62,265 nt of DNA, filler included, from Trichosphaerium sp. ATCC 40318 (GCA_038496445.1; 3 parts of 3 records of this genome joined end to end with filler, not necessarily neighbours in it), one strand, 5' to 3'. Counted from the whole stretch's first letter, positions 40,314 to 55,732 are shown. The notes: a model not told the origin generated them from the letters alone. Program-made: numbers and translations.

Positions 40314-41049
40314 CTTGTCGATGGGTTTGAGTAACGTTTATTGGGGTTCTATAAAATCTAAACCTGTCAATAATTAGTATTAGAGTAGTAAACACAAACA
40401 CCATAAACTTCCAGTAGTTTTCCAAAACGTACACTTTATACACATAGTGCTACACCGAAAGTTGCTAAATGTTGGCACCAGAAAAAAACACGCCGTGAAG
40501 ATCTTTAAGAAATGTTGAGTATGCTTTTGTCGCACAAATGAACAATAACGGGATATCTTACATTTACCATGGCCAAAACAAACCGCTAACACTGTAATTT
40601 TATGAAATAATGTGGCACGGTTACAGCGTATTAGCGTAACTGTGATACAACAGATTCCCTGCCATCAAAAATTACACATATACATAGTGTAGTCGCGGTC
40701 ACGTCTTGGCTTAGCCAGCTACAACAATTCTTCCGTTAATTGTCGTCTAAATAGAGATGTTAACAAAACAACGGTTGAGACCAAAATGAAGCTGCTTAAA
40801 AATGAGATAAATGAAGCAGTTTCGTTTCTTGTTTTTTTCGCATTTGTTGTTGTAGCTTAGTTATGTTTGACTTACTTTTAGCTAGCCGGTACACTCATGA
40901 TACAAACACGTGAGTATCTCTTACCACGTAAAGTAACATATAAGGATACTGTAATGTGTTATGTTGCAAGTTCTAACAGTACACTTCTATGCATACCTAC
41001 AGACTGCCAAAAATGTAGGAAAAAAAGAGGATTAGAACTCTACTTTCGT

Positions 41050-44000
41050 CGTGATAATAACTTTGTCAACTTTTTTTGTCAATATTTACGATGTTGTCAA
41101 CTTTGTTACAAAATGCTGTAAAAATTATTTTCAGCACGCACAGCCAGAAACAACGTATTTGAGTTGAAAATACAAAGTGATGCCCGATTTAGAAAAAACA
41201 CGTGTTGGGTTTTTTTTTTGCTTTAAATGTACCATGTGGTTTTACACGTATCTCACATGGTATGTACTACTACACCTTAAACAGTACATAGTGATGCATT
41301 TTGCACATTTTTAACCCGTTTAAGGTTTTTATTTCACAACAGCAGCATATTGTACTGTAAGAGAGTTTTTGCGCGTAGAAAAGCATAGTGTAGGTACTTG
41401 CGAGATGGTTTACTTTATTATCTTTTGATTTTGCCCCATACTTTTTTACAATTGGTGAAATATGTCTACAGTGCTTCTAACATACCATGAGATATCAATA
41501 GTTACTTTTTTGTAACATGGGAGGTAAGTATAACAAAAATCTGTAAACAACTTCAAGAAGTGTATACACAGCCTTGAACATTGTGTTATGAGCGTTTGAA
41601 AGATCCTACATCACTTAACAAGCCATACTTACTATTTGTGTTTGATGTTGGACGCTAATGAGCCACCATTACGGCCAGCAATACCATCAATAGGTAACGT
41701 CAAGCTGCTTGCATGGAACCAAGGAAACAACCCTGTTTTTTATTGTTCAAAAGAGAAAAAGTGGGCTCGACAATATAGTCACATACGCCATGCAAACACA
41801 CACAAAGGGATTACATGGTATTACCGTTGCAAAAGACGCAGGATTTGTACAGCTAAGTTACAGATTGTCTCAAGAGCTGGTAAAGACGCTGAACATGCTC
41901 AAGTGTTGGATATCAGACAAACAGAAGGTACTATAAACAACAACAGTTTAATTGAAGTTTAAAATAACCAAAATTGTTAGGGCATTCTCTACAGTGCCTC
42001 CCTATTCCCGTTCATAAATTAAAACTTGGAACTGGCGCAAAAACTAGCATTAAAAAAGATCTGGCACGCAAAATACCAAAATGAAGTGTGGTACGAAAAA
42101 TGACATCAGCATCTATCACTAATTGTTTTTATGTACTAGTATAAAGCTTTTTTACAAGATGAATCTAAAGATCCTCTTAATGGCTATGAGGTACCTAACG
42201 CTAATAACATGGCATACCTGGCGCGTAGAGTGCACCACGAAAAGGATATGCACCATGAGGTATTGGTTTTTTATTATGCTTGGATTAACATGCCCACAGG
42301 TTTACTCAAACATTCAGATGATGTACCCCGAATCATCTAGAATTGTTCAAGCCACAAATGATGTAATATCATTTGTCGAGCCAGATTGTGACAAAAAAAT
42401 ACGCAACCTTGATACCAGTGTCCTCTTTGTTGATGGCACCTTTGGCATTGCGGATATTAACGCTCAAGTACGTGTAGTAAAAGTAAACAAGATTTTTTAG
42501 CTCATATATTTTACTTTAGGTTTTGTTTTTTTGGGTAAAGGCTGTTGGTGAACACTACACCAAAGGAACTTGTATTAGCTTCGCCATTATGAAGAATAAA
42601 ACACTGGCAGAGTATGAATACGCGTTTATGCACCTAAAGAGTGTATGTGGTGCTCCTTTTGAGCGTTTGATGACTGACGGAGAGACAAACATGAAAAGAG
42701 GTACTTTTTTTGCCAACATTTGTTTTACAACTAGTAATATTTGTTTAGCCGCTACAAATGTACTGGGACCCTTAAAAATAGCCCAGTGTATTTACCATAT
42801 AGCAAAAGCTCATAGACGAAGGCGAGCAAGGCTAGGATTGAAAAAAGAAGGGCGTGAAGAAGAGAATAGATGGTGTAAGCTTGTTTCTTCTGAGCTGATA
42901 TACGAAAAAAATGAGAAAGCATTCTATCGTAAATGGCACGCCTTTAAAAAAGAAGTGATTGAGAAGAGCGATGACTGCAAACAATTTATTAAATACTTAG
43001 CTAATACTTACATTGAGGTTGCAAACGAAATAACCGAGTACACTACATAATTCATACCACAACCTTTTTCTTATTTTTTCCTTACTTTTCGTTTTAAACT
43101 TTTTTTTTTACTAGCTCTCCTCCATCTACTTGGGCTCTTTGGACTGTTAAGAATACGCCTTGGGAGCACTGTCGAACGAATAATATCAGTGAGGGCAACA
43201 ACTGCGATGTCAAGAATGTTAACATTTGAGGGTACTACTAAGCGAGCTTGTGATGTTGTGTTTTCTTCTCTGGCAAACTATGCAAAGTGCAGCTTAAAGG
43301 ATGGCATGCGTACAGTAGAAGGAATACCTGTTGGCACTCCCAAAGCTGTCACAGAGAAGAGGTGCAAAGAGCAAGCTGAGAAAATCAGAAAGCGGTGCAT
43401 GTGCTAATGCTACATTAATTTTTGCTTATAATGTTGTTTAGTGAAACGGCTTAATACTCCGCTGCTAAAATTAAAAGCACAACAAAAAGCTGTGAGAGAA
43501 GCTAAAGAAGCTAAAAGAATCCAAAAAGAAAAAAAACAACGCCTTCAACATAACCAACGCCTTACAGTGCCATTAAAGGTTAGAATCTTGGTAAATTTAA
43601 GCTATTAACTTTGCTCATAGCTTCGAAAGAATAAAACAATCATAATCAAAAAAAAATCAATGAAAAAATACCTTGCTACCAAACTTTAATAAACTTCATT
43701 TCCTCCTCTATTGTGGCGTTTACTTGTAGCTGATGAGATGCCTGTAGTATATATATAAACGGTGAAGTTCTTGGTTTGTTTTTAAATAGCTTAGTTGTGG
43801 TTCAGGGCTTCATTTCTACCAACTACTTACTGATTTTTTGGTCAACTTTCTGTCAACTTTTTGTGTCAGCAATTATTACTGTAGGTATTTCATGAAACGT
43901 AATATTAAAGGTCTTTCAACCTAAGCAATATATATGCGCTTCGCAGGATATGCTTTGTTAATAATAAAAAAACAGCTGAAGAGGTTGAGAACAGGTTCAC

Positions 44001-44050
44001 AGAAAGTTGACAAAAAAAAATTGACAGAAGTTGACATATTACCTGTCACC
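41050..44050 (+). mobile_element. Mutator-like DNA transposon (MULE-2)
   Basis: Degenerate TIRs built from TGTCAACTTT repeats; direct repeat ACTTTCGT at 41042-41049 and 44051-44058; internal transposase. Confidence 0.8.
41462..43689 (+). pseudogene. MULE transposase with FLYWCH/WRKY-like finger and a premature stop
   Basis: YYRCKRRRICTAKLQI..GHS; VLFVDGTF, LMTDGETNMK, AQCIYHIAKA, RTNNISEG; in-frame TGA at 42082-42084; ends approximate. Confidence 0.8.
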
Positions 44051-44350
44051 ACTTTCGTTCCCTTGAAGTATGCGAAATGAAACACCTAGATATGGCTGTA
44101 TTTTCTTAACTGTATGAAGGGGTTATGAAAACAAAGACTATTTATTGTACTCGACAATAATACAAGTTTTTCATGGGACGTTGTGGTGTTTGTACACGTG
44201 CAATAACATATTCATTCAACATCGCTAGAGTGTGGTGGGTGAATGATTTATTTGCGTTTGTACATTAAAAGAATGTATAACGTTCGTGTCAATACTACTG
44301 TCGGTAAAGGGATCAAAGAATGAGAAAACAAGTGATATACGATGCATACA

Positions 44351-45289
44351 TCAGTTTTCACAATAAAACCAATAGTAGTTAGCTCCTAAACCGACATACG
44401 CATAAATATTAAAAAGACAACCTTTCTTCTCATCTAGTTTTATAAGTATGTTCCCAAAAGTGTCCTTCTCTTCAATCTCATACTGTCTATTATCTTCCCA
44501 TCTACCATAAATATATTCATCAGTACTTTCAATAGAACTCTCATCAGCTTCCGCAACAACCACTTCGTCCTTACAAGAAGCAATATACTTATCGTCTGGA
44601 AGTCTTACACCATAAGCACCATCTTCAACATAGGCAAGCGTAAGAGAAGCTCCAATCAAAGGTCTTCTTGTTGTTACACATTTTGAGCAGTAATCCCTAT
44701 CATTCCATTTAAAACAAGCACTCCGTGTATCAGAAGAACAAACAGAACAAGTTAATCTCTTCCATGCTACATCAGGTGTACAACTAACAACACATGCGCT
44801 ACAAAAACGTACATTCTCTTTTGTAAATGAACAAACAGAACTTGAACAACCATCACAATACACGTGACTAGGAAGCTGTACATCATAATCGTTCACGTGA
44901 GATTCTTCGGGATTAGCAATTGCGTAAAAAAAGTTTGATCTTGTCCTTATAAGCATGTTCCAAAACGAAGGATAAACCTGGTTGGCTTCTCCTGTTTCGA
45001 AGAATGTACACGTTTTTTGTTTTAGATTGTCCATTATACGTATCGCATTGGCTTTTGTTACGCCCAGAAGTTGTAATAGTGCCATATCACGTAATATTGA
45101 TTCGTCTGCGTAATGGTATGTTTTAATACGCTTTCTTAATGTTTTGTTTGTTGCTCCTAGGTGTACAACGCTTGTTGCCTTCATAAATAGCAAAGCATCT
45201 ACGATTATCACCAGAACGTCATCGCAGATTGCTTCAATACTTCTGCTGATCTTGAATTCTTGGAGTAGTGGCCTCGTTGAGCTTCTCAT
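44351..45289 (-). CDS. Intronless hypothetical protein with an F-box-like start and Cys-rich (Zn-binding-like) centre
   Basis: 312-aa ORF; IEAICDDVLVIIVDAL..HLGATNKTLR; four CxxC pairs (CDGC, CSAC, CSVC, CSKC). Confidence 0.65.
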   Translation of the reverse strand: MRSSTRPLLQEFKISRSIEAICDDVLVIIVDALLFMKATSVVHLGATNKTLRKRIKTYHYADESILRDMALLQLLGVTKANAIRIMDNLKQKTCTFFETGEANQVYPSFWNMLIRTRSNFFYAIANPEESHVNDYDVQLPSHVYCDGCSSSVCSFTKENVRFCSACVVSCTPDVAWKRLTCSVCSSDTRSACFKWNDRDYCSKCVTTRRPLIGASLTLAYVEDGAYGVRLPDDKYIASCKDEVVVAEADESSIESTDEYIYGRWEDNRQYEIEEKDTFGNILIKLDEKKGCLFNIYAYVGLGANYYWFYCEN

Positions 45290-45636
45290 CCTAAAATAAC
45301 GTTAACCAACATGTACAAAAAAAAGTTGTTGAAAAAGCATCAAAAAGTAAAAGAATATTCTTCCCAACAACTTAAACAAGACAACGTCTAATAGCTCATA
45401 TTGCATACCTACGGAGCAACGTTGACTGATGAGGAGGTACGTTAACCAGAAGTCAAAATAAACAGTTTTCAAAGACTTTTCACTTGTATTGCCTTTGCTG
45501 ACTGATCAAGCTATTGGAAGTCTTAATTTCTTTCTCTATTATAAATCTAGAGTAAATCAAAGAAGATATTTGCTGATTCTCTTTCATGTTATGTCCACTT
45601 CGGACGTTTATTGATTTAATAAAAAAGGTGTCACCA

Positions 45637-48600
45637 TTACATGTATTTCTTCAGTTGTGCCATTTGACATGCTTCTACACAATCGACTACAGATCTAGCT
45701 AATCCTTTACAACATTTTATCAATGCTTTGTCCTCTGTAGTATTCGAGGCAGCCTGAAAGAACAGAAATTAACAAGACAAAAACGAATCTTTAAATTGAT
45801 TGTACCTTCACAGCAGCCAAAATTTTTAGTTGAATAGAGTGATTGTTAGACACAGAGGCATTGTCGGAAATTGTAGCTCCAGCTTTCTTGTTCCTACATT
45901 GCGCAGAAGCATCATTTGCAGCTTTTTGAACCTAAACGAAGTAAATAAATAACACGAGGATCAACTCGAAGCTAGAAACAAGTTTGTTGTACGACGTACG
46001 TCTTTTACCATATCTGCAATTTCTCTCGCTTTCATGATAATCTCCTTTGTAGATCCACTCTTAGATACCTAATAAAAACGGAAAATTAACCCAAATATCC
46101 CACGTGACACTCACGTTTTAAAAGAACAACCACAAATATAAAAGAAGTAAAAAAAATTACCTCTGAAAGTTCTTTCATGAGCATCGCTATCTTATTCGCT
46201 AATCCAACAAGTCTTCCTGCTGGTGTACCATCTTCTCTCCATCGAGCCATGTCACCTTCAATTTGAGCTCCTGCACGATAAATCTGGTCCTTATTAGCCA
46301 TTTCTCTTTCAAGTCTTTCGCGTTTTAACCTACAAACTAACTTAGATGGAATGAATATACTGCTTAGTATTACCTTGCTTCTTCTTCTTGACGATCTTCC
46401 CATGCTTTTCTTGAATCTTTCATTGCTTTACCCATAGCATCAGTTTCGTTAATAAGGTTCTTGAACCTTCTGATATCAGTCCTAACTTCTTCCAATGCTC
46501 CTTTATCATCTTTATCAGCTAACCTCCTCTTTACATCACCGACTAGTTTTTTGTACATATCATCAAAAACCTTCGCCTTTTGACGCATACGTTCAGCAGC
46601 TATAATAAAACGTCAAACAAAACACTTCGTCTAGAGCAACACAAGCAAAGGTCAATTTTTGTGTTTGTGAAAAAAAGAGAAAAGAAGAAAAACGATGACT
46701 CACCTGCTGGATCGTGTTCGCTGTTATTTGCGATCGCATTCATCAATGCTTTATGCTTTCTTCCGTAATTCAACAAGTCTTTCAAGCCACTTGCTGTTGC
46801 TTGAACATTATAATCTTCAACATCATTCAAAAGTCTATCAAGAATTCTGTTCAGTGTTTTAGCAGACCCAGCTAGTTTATCCTCAGCAGCAACTTCATCT
46901 GTCGCATTAACGAGTTGATCTGAAGCCCACTCAATCTCGTCAAGTAGTTTATCAAGATCAGCAATTGCACGTCTATCGTCATCAGACAAGGCAGCTTTTA
47001 TAGCAGGGAGTAATCCGTGTATCAAGTCTAAACAAAAGTTCTTTAGCTCAACAAAATAATCCAAAGCGAGGAGCAAGAAGAAAGTTGTACCTCTGTTCAA
47101 TTGCTCTGCTAGCTCTAGGAGCGTTCTACGTAGCTCTGGATCATCAATACCTTCAGCAATAAGACTTGCAAGTATTGCTTGAGCGTTGGTATCATCATTG
47201 AGGTTCTGTAGTGCATTGGCAATATCCTACCCCTTATAATAAGAAAGCGAGCATATAGATGTAGGGTAGAAAAAAGCGAGTAAGGAAATCACGTGCGTTT
47301 AGGTCACCAGCTTTGATCGCATCTCTGAGACGTTGTACATCTTCCTTCACTCTTCCGTTTATTGCTTCCATTTCTGCATCAGGAGATGAAATAGCTGCGT
47401 CAGCCAAAGCTTTATTAGCAGCTGCTACTGCATCCAAAGCTCGCTTCATATTTTTTTGAGCGTCACCACGTTGCTAAAAAGCAAACTGTTAATAAAAGAC
47501 CAAAAAAAAGAAAAGAGACTTACGGTTCCTGACGGTCCCAAGGCTTGCTTCGTAGCGGCCATAAGTTGAGCAGTAGAGTCTATAATACTTCTGTTAGAGT
47601 ATATACAAACAGTAATAAAGATTTACCTTTCAAGTTTTTGGCTGCATCTCCCATAACACGTCTAGTGTTTGGATCTTGTTTATTTCCCCATTGATTTGCT
47701 AGTTCGACTTGAGGTTTTACTGCGTTCACAACATCTCTTACACCTTTTTATGAGATAATTAATAGATGAGTATTTATATACACAGCCATACCTTGAGTGA
47801 CTTTCGGTTTATTCATAACACGTTGTGCAACTTCTGGGCGAAGTTTGTTTATTTTGTCATCAATGTTAGCTGCATTTGCCAAGATTTCTTGCGGCGTTGT
47901 TTTCTCACTGGCGTTTACTAGATTTCCCAATTTATCTCTTAGTCTATCTATAGCATCTTGTAGTCTCTTTCTAGCATCAGAGTCGCCAGGCTAATAACAG
48001 CAATAAGCACAAACTAAAAACTAACTTAAAGATAAGAAAAAATGTACCCTTCTCATGCAGTTTTCTGCGGCTTCTCTGAGCTCATCAGGCGCAGCTAAAC
48101 GCAGGTGAGTGTAACCAAATAATTATAACGTACCTCTAACATAGTCAGAAGCATCCTGAAGCCTTCCAGCACGAAATGGGTCGTCATCAATAACAGGAAT
48201 TAATGTATTTGCCAGATCAACAAGTTGATCTGCATTATCTTTTATTTCATCATTTATCTGAGCCACTTGTGGTCTATCTTTCTTATTTACAGCAGGTGGT
48301 AATTCATCCAATAAATCATCCATATTAGCTGCAGCTTGAAGTAGTTGATCTCGAGCAATCCCTTGAACTACCTTCGCACTTAAAGAAAAAACTGTTAGCC
48401 AATTTTCAAAAAACATAAAGTTTGTGACGTACTGTTCTTTTCCAAGTTCATCTAATAGTCCTTGTATTGCTGAAGGATCTCTTCTTCTTGCAGCTGCACG
48501 TGAAGCATCACCAAGCTTATCTATCATGTTACCCAACTTGTCACGCAAATTGTCTATTGCATCTTGGAGCTTTTTCCTCAGATTTGGATCTTTGATTCCT

Positions 48601-50028
48601 TTTAATGCGTCTTCAGCAGCATCCCTTGGATACAAGATGAGTAAAATAATAAAAATCACGTGCGTTTAATACGACAAATGCTCTTAAGGAGAAGTTTTAA
48701 CATAAGCGTACAATTGATCCTCAATTTCATTTCTTATCGCCTTAACAAGTTGATCTACGTCACCTAGTTCACCTGCACGTATAGCATCTTTCAAACAATT
48801 CATCAAACGTGGTACTTCCCTTTAAATTCAAAGCATTAGAAACAAACTCTGCCGACTTCCAAAGACACAACCGTACATGACCTGAACTCTATCCTGTGGA
48901 TTAATTATCATTGCGCCCATTTCGTGATCCAATAAGCTTAAATCAAATGGAGATTTAGCACTCTCTCTTACACCTTCTGCTAGTCTATATATCGCATCTT
49001 GTATTCTAGGAACTAGAGCATCCCTCTGGGAAACAGCACTCCGATCCTATTTAGGTATTAGTCTTGACCTTGGTTTTTCTCGTTTGCTTGTACCTTGCGT
49101 ATTGTAACACGCTCGCAAAGCGCTGTGAATTGTGGTGCTAATTGTTTTATATCCTTAGCTGCTTCGAACATCATCCCTTTAGCCTATAACGGATTTTTAA
49201 CCTTCAGACAGATAAAAAAAATGATAGTACCTTCGGCTCATGAACATTTTCAAGCCGGTAATCAACTAGGTCCAACGCATAATCAGTTGATGCTTTAAAC
49301 TCATCCTCTGCGAATGTAGGTGAACTATAACTCTATGAGAGCGTAAGCAAAGGAGTTACAAAAAAATAAAAGTGTACACAGTTTCTAGCGCGCAACTGCA
49401 AAAAAACTGAATAAACAGAAAAAAGAAAATGAATGCTCTCCTTTCTCTTTTTAGAGCAAAGTCACGTGCCTCTAATTTAGTTTTTGACATTTGGCAATGC
49501 TTTAATATTAATGTAACCTCATATAGATCGTTTAGCTGCAACAGCCTAACCATATGTCTCATTATCTCTAAAAAATAACGTTATTTTGATAAACAGAAAA
49601 AAAAAACTGTTTCAAGTCTCTTTTATCACGTGATGAAAGAATTTGCATTCCGAGCTTCGTACAGCATACTACCTACCTTTACCAGCGTCCAGAATGAGCT
49701 GTTTCGCATTCTTATCGTAATTGTTTCTTGAAAGCGAATTACAAGCACTCACGACATCGTTAACGCTATCTCTAATACCATCACAGCACTCTTGCATCTG
49801 ATCTGCCATAACAGCCGATCCAATCTTTCTCCATAGTGCTACGGTTTTAAGAGCTTCCTGAATGAGGTAATCTGTAGCTCCTTTAACCATCTTGGAGCCG
49901 TTAACGAGATTAGTCATAATCTTCTCATTGAGATGAGCTTCAGAGGCGAAGATAACCAAAGCAGATATAGCATCGGCTACAGACTCTAAGAGTGTTTCTA
50001 TTGATAGTCTTTCCTTAGGCCTTTGCAT
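45637..50028 (-). CDS. Vinculin/alpha-catenin family protein, multi-exon
   Basis: N-terminus SIETLLESVADAISALVI; repeated amphipathic helical bundles; tail IIMKAREIADMVKDV..AQC..SIQLKILAAVKAAS. Confidence 0.85.
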
Positions 50029-50400
50029 TTTCTAGGTGACTTTGGAATCCAACAAAAGAAAAAAATGTGGAGGATGAGTTTTGACTTTGGATTTTTATGG
50101 TTTTTGGCGCGCTGCGTGAGGAATGAAAAAAACCGCGCTCACCGCGCAAACTGTAGCCAATGGCGATGTCATTGACGGCTTTTTTGAAGAAGACTTCACT
50201 ATAAAAACTAATAACTTCACTTCACAGCATTGTTTTACTACGGCGTAACACTTGATGTTACAAGTTGCTTATCTAATAACTTTTTGGTGGAATGTAGTGC
50301 TTCTAGAACATTCTACGGTGAAAACGCACGGAAATTTCGAGATTTTTTCTCACTGACTTATTTTATCTTGGCGCCAACCACTACACCTTATCTATATCAA

Positions 50401-50755
50401 ATGGCTAACGCAGGAAACTTCTCCACTGTACCTGTACGTACATTACCAGCTATAATCTCAGCTAATAAAAGCCCTAGCAAAACATCCCTCAGTTCAAAGT
50501 CATCCTTTGCGGAGACGGTGGTACTGGAAAACTACCTTCGTAAAACGTCATCTTTCTGGAGAGTTTGAGAGGAGATACTATCGTACGTGCCATGAAATAG
50601 CCTTTTTTCCTTTTCTTTGCTTCGTCTGTACCGAACTCGTCTAATAACCTACTTAGCAACCGTTGGAGCTGAAGTTCATCCACTTCCATGGTAGGTTTTG
50701 GTTTTTTTTTCGATTTAGGGCAAGTTCTTACATCAATCAGGTACACTACACGCGG
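50401..50755 (+). CDS. ran: Ran GTPase, 5' part (cut by gap; 1-nt frameshift)
   Basis: Spliced [49 protein letters not shown]; one A is missing from the run at 50528-50531. Confidence 0.85.
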
Positions 50756-50855
50756 NNNNNNNNNNNNNNNNNNNNNNNNNNNNNNNNNNNNNNNNNNNNT
50801 TAATTAATTAANNNNNNNNNNNNNNNNNNNNNNNNNNNNNNNNNNNNNNNNNNNN
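50756..50855. other. Assembly gap with artificial all-frame stop linker
   Basis: N44-TTAATTAATTAA-N44. Confidence 0.97.
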
Positions 50856-52510
<1,655 letters not shown>

Positions 52511-53248
52511 AGCAGCCGGAAATACTGTTTAAATATGCTCTAACCGCCTGTAGTGAGTTGTTTGTACTCACCGTTAGTACAGAGCTGTTAATTGACTGCA
52601 AATTGACTTTTGTAGCCATTATTGCTGTTTGTTGGTATTCACAGCACTCAAGAATGGTTACGGTTGAGTATCGACGCCCTTAAAATACAGTGTTGCTGTT
52701 ATGAAGCCAGAATGTGATAAGTCAGAGTCAACCGACACACAATGGAATCAGTAGTGTCGGAGTGCCCTCGTACGCCTGTAAAACAGAAGAAGACGCCCTC
52801 AAAGCAAGATTGTGAGTGACTGTTCAGGATCTTTAGAGTAATACCGCGTTTTTATGACACCCAATAGCTCCTTCAGTCAAAAAGAGAAGAAAGAAGATAA
52901 AAAACTTTCGACCATACGCTCAGTACGTAACCGACACTTTACATCAACCAACATGACATAGATACCTATGTGAGAACGCATACTATGTTCCAGAGAACCC
53001 ACGAAGCCATACACTACCGTATAGTCGCATTACGTTAAAACGAAAAGAAGAGAACGAAAGAACACGTACGGTTAATGCTGACGCGTAAAAAAACCCGCTC
53101 ACTTACAGCTGACAGGTGAGTGGCTTTTGAATTTTTCTTACGCGGAAAAACCGCTTCATACAGCAACACCACATGCCCAGGAATTTCACGAATTTGAGTA
53201 CGGCGCCAGTTTTTTTCTTTAAACTTCAGTCTTCTTCGCCCACTGACA

Positions 53249-54282
53249 ATGTCAAAAGAGAAATTTGTGTTGAAGCAACTAGAGGTGATGCTTGCATATA
53301 CGGTATCATTATTTATGATCCTGTCCGTGAGAAATATTCTGTGCGTTGAGAGTGTTTCTTTTTTTTTGGAGCAGAATCATTGTGCTTATTTTGGAATAGC
53401 GCTATATAGGCAAGGCTAGTACTATACGTGCTCGATTAGGCGGTTCTCCTAAAGCTACGTCTGGTCCTCATAGTCGTGATGTATTAGAATGTCTTGAGTT
53501 TATTAAGGAATCCTCTAGAAGGAATGAACCTGAGGCAGTACTTGATTTTTTATTAAACCAAAACAAACAGCTAGTTGATGTAGTCACTGCAGCATCTGTT
53601 GTTCATTGTTGTAAATATCTAGCGGAACATAAAAATATATACTTCCGTAAGTCTATAAAACACCCAGAAGGTAAGCCATTCAAAGCTGATTACCTTGAAG
53701 CAAACGAAGAAGCATACGAGGTAAAAACGGAATTTATTGAGAAAGAAAAAAGCTTCCAACATTTTTTCTAAGTTTTCTTTTGCAGCATATGCCTCACTGT
53801 TGTCAGTATGGTAGTTGGATATATATCCTTTCAAAGCTTAGTAAGTCAGATCAGGACTTAGTAATAAAAGAAACATGGTTAAACGAGAATGAGGCAAAGT
53901 ACATTGAGGACTTTAACACAAAGTTACCAAACGGCTTGAACATAGTAGATGTAAGTTGACTTCAAATAACTCACTGGATTAATAGTACTAGGCACAAAAT
54001 AGAAATAGCCCGAAGAAACCATCACCAAGGCAGATAATAAAATCACTACGGATACAAAACAATCAATTAAAAAGCAAAGATGAAGAATACAAGGATTCCA
54101 TAAAAAAGTTAACAGAAGAACTTGAGAAACTAAAGATGATTTCAAAGAAAAGACAACAGTTGGATCCATTGGTACAGTATAGAAACGATATAGATAAAGT
54201 TGTAAAGAGAAGCCGTGAGAGAAATGAAGCAATGTATAGGAGAAATAGGCAACGTGTGCTTGAAATGCAAAGCCGACAATAA
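53249..54282 (+). CDS. Hypothetical coiled-coil protein (exon structure unresolved)
   Basis: Charged coding-like pieces (MSKEKFVLKQLE; DVLECLEFIKESSRRNEPEAVLDFLL; EEYKDSIKKLTEELEKLKM..LEMQSRQ*) between GT-AG introns. Confidence 0.35.
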
Positions 54283-54700
54283 ACGTATTTATTCTTCGTT
54301 CTCCTCCCAGTTATATCCACGCGAACTGTATGCTTCAACAACGGCATAACGCATACCATAGCATGTCTAAGCACGTGAACTGCCTCTCTCACTATGCCGA
54401 CTCATAAGACTTGCGTCTTGATATCGTAGCAGCCAGCGCTACACAACAAACTAACAAATCGTCAACTAACTGTATTTTACAACGCTGTGTCTGGTGTTCA
54501 TTGTCCAAAATATCACCCAAAACGAGTCAACTGCATTCGTACAACAAGTATCTGATAAATTTGTACTTTTAAGAAATATCTATCACGTGATAACCTATGT
54601 CTAAGGTATGTTTTCGCAAGAAATAAAGTCAACAATGTTTTAATGGCAACGACGCTCTCTAAGATATTTTAGACTCCAAAGGATCATAAATCGCCAAAGC

Positions 54701-55732
54701 GTGGGGTATACCCCAAACAATACCGTTCATACTCTACTAGACCTTCCCTTTGATATTCAACGGTATTTATGCACTTTCAACGCAGAAACGTTCTCAAAGT
54801 TCCATGTACTCTCGAAAAGAGCTGCGATGAACACTCATTACAATGCCAACCTTGAAAAAAAAGGTAAGTGGATGTATTGGTATAAGAGCGGCCAGTTATA
54901 CGCCACCGTCATGATGAAAGATGGTAAAAATACCGGAGAATACAAACAATGGCGTGAGAGTGGACAATTTGAGGCAGTCATTAAATACGTTAATGGTGAA
55001 GGAAGAGAAATAAAGCAATGGAATGAGAATGGAATACTTTGTATTGACTTGACTGTTGTTAATGGTAAGAAAAACGGAGAAGTGAAGCAGTTTTATGAGA
55101 ATGGAAAATTATCTACAGTGATTATATATGTAGACAGTAAGGAATATGGAGAAGCAAAGCAATGGCATGAAAATGGGACATTATCATCACATGCTAAATT
55201 TATTAATGGGAAATATATTGATTTGAAGAATTGGCATAGTAATGGACAGCTTCATACTTATACTCCTTTTTCTGATGGTAAACAACATGGAGAATTTAAA
55301 CAATGGAGAGAAGACGGTACACTTGAGTTAAGTGCCGTATATGATGATGGTAAAAAAGTTTATTTAAAAATGTGGAATGAGAATGGACTGCTTCAGCATT
55401 ACACTTCATTTACCGATGGCAAGCCAAATGGCGAGTGTAAGAAGTGGCATGATAATGGACAACTTGCAATATACACTAAGTATATTGATTATAAGATAGA
55501 GGGCGAGATTAAGCATTGGTATGACAATGGACAACTCGCTCTAGTTACCACAGTAATTAAGGGTATGAAAAACGGGGAGTACAAAGAGTGGCATCGTAAT
55601 GGCCAACTTGCTGTACAAGCGACCTATGCTGATGATAAATTAAATGGTGAGCACAAAGTGTGGGATGAAAATGGCCAACTTTCAAGATGGTCAATGTACA
55701 AAGATGGTGAAGAAATACCTGGGGACGCATAG
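54701..55732 (+). CDS. F-box-like + MORN2 repeat protein (true start unclear)
   Basis: LLDLPFDIQRYLCTF..FHVLSKR then about 12 repeats GExKxWHxNGQL..Y.DG; the ORF opens on GTG. Confidence 0.8.
   Translation: MGYTPNNTVHTLLDLPFDIQRYLCTFNAETFSKFHVLSKRAAMNTHYNANLEKKGKWMYWYKSGQLYATVMMKDGKNTGEYKQWRESGQFEAVIKYVNGEGREIKQWNENGILCIDLTVVNGKKNGEVKQFYENGKLSTVIIYVDSKEYGEAKQWHENGTLSSHAKFINGKYIDLKNWHSNGQLHTYTPFSDGKQHGEFKQWREDGTLELSAVYDDGKKVYLKMWNENGLLQHYTSFTDGKPNGECKKWHDNGQLAIYTKYIDYKIEGEIKHWYDNGQLALVTTVIKGMKNGEYKEWHRNGQLAVQATYADDKLNGEHKVWDENGQLSRWSMYKDGEEIPGDA

Noticed and set aside
50489-50746. Minus-strand 85-aa ORF and plus-strand ORF 50230-50568
   Set aside because: They overlap the spliced Ran gene, which explains the region.
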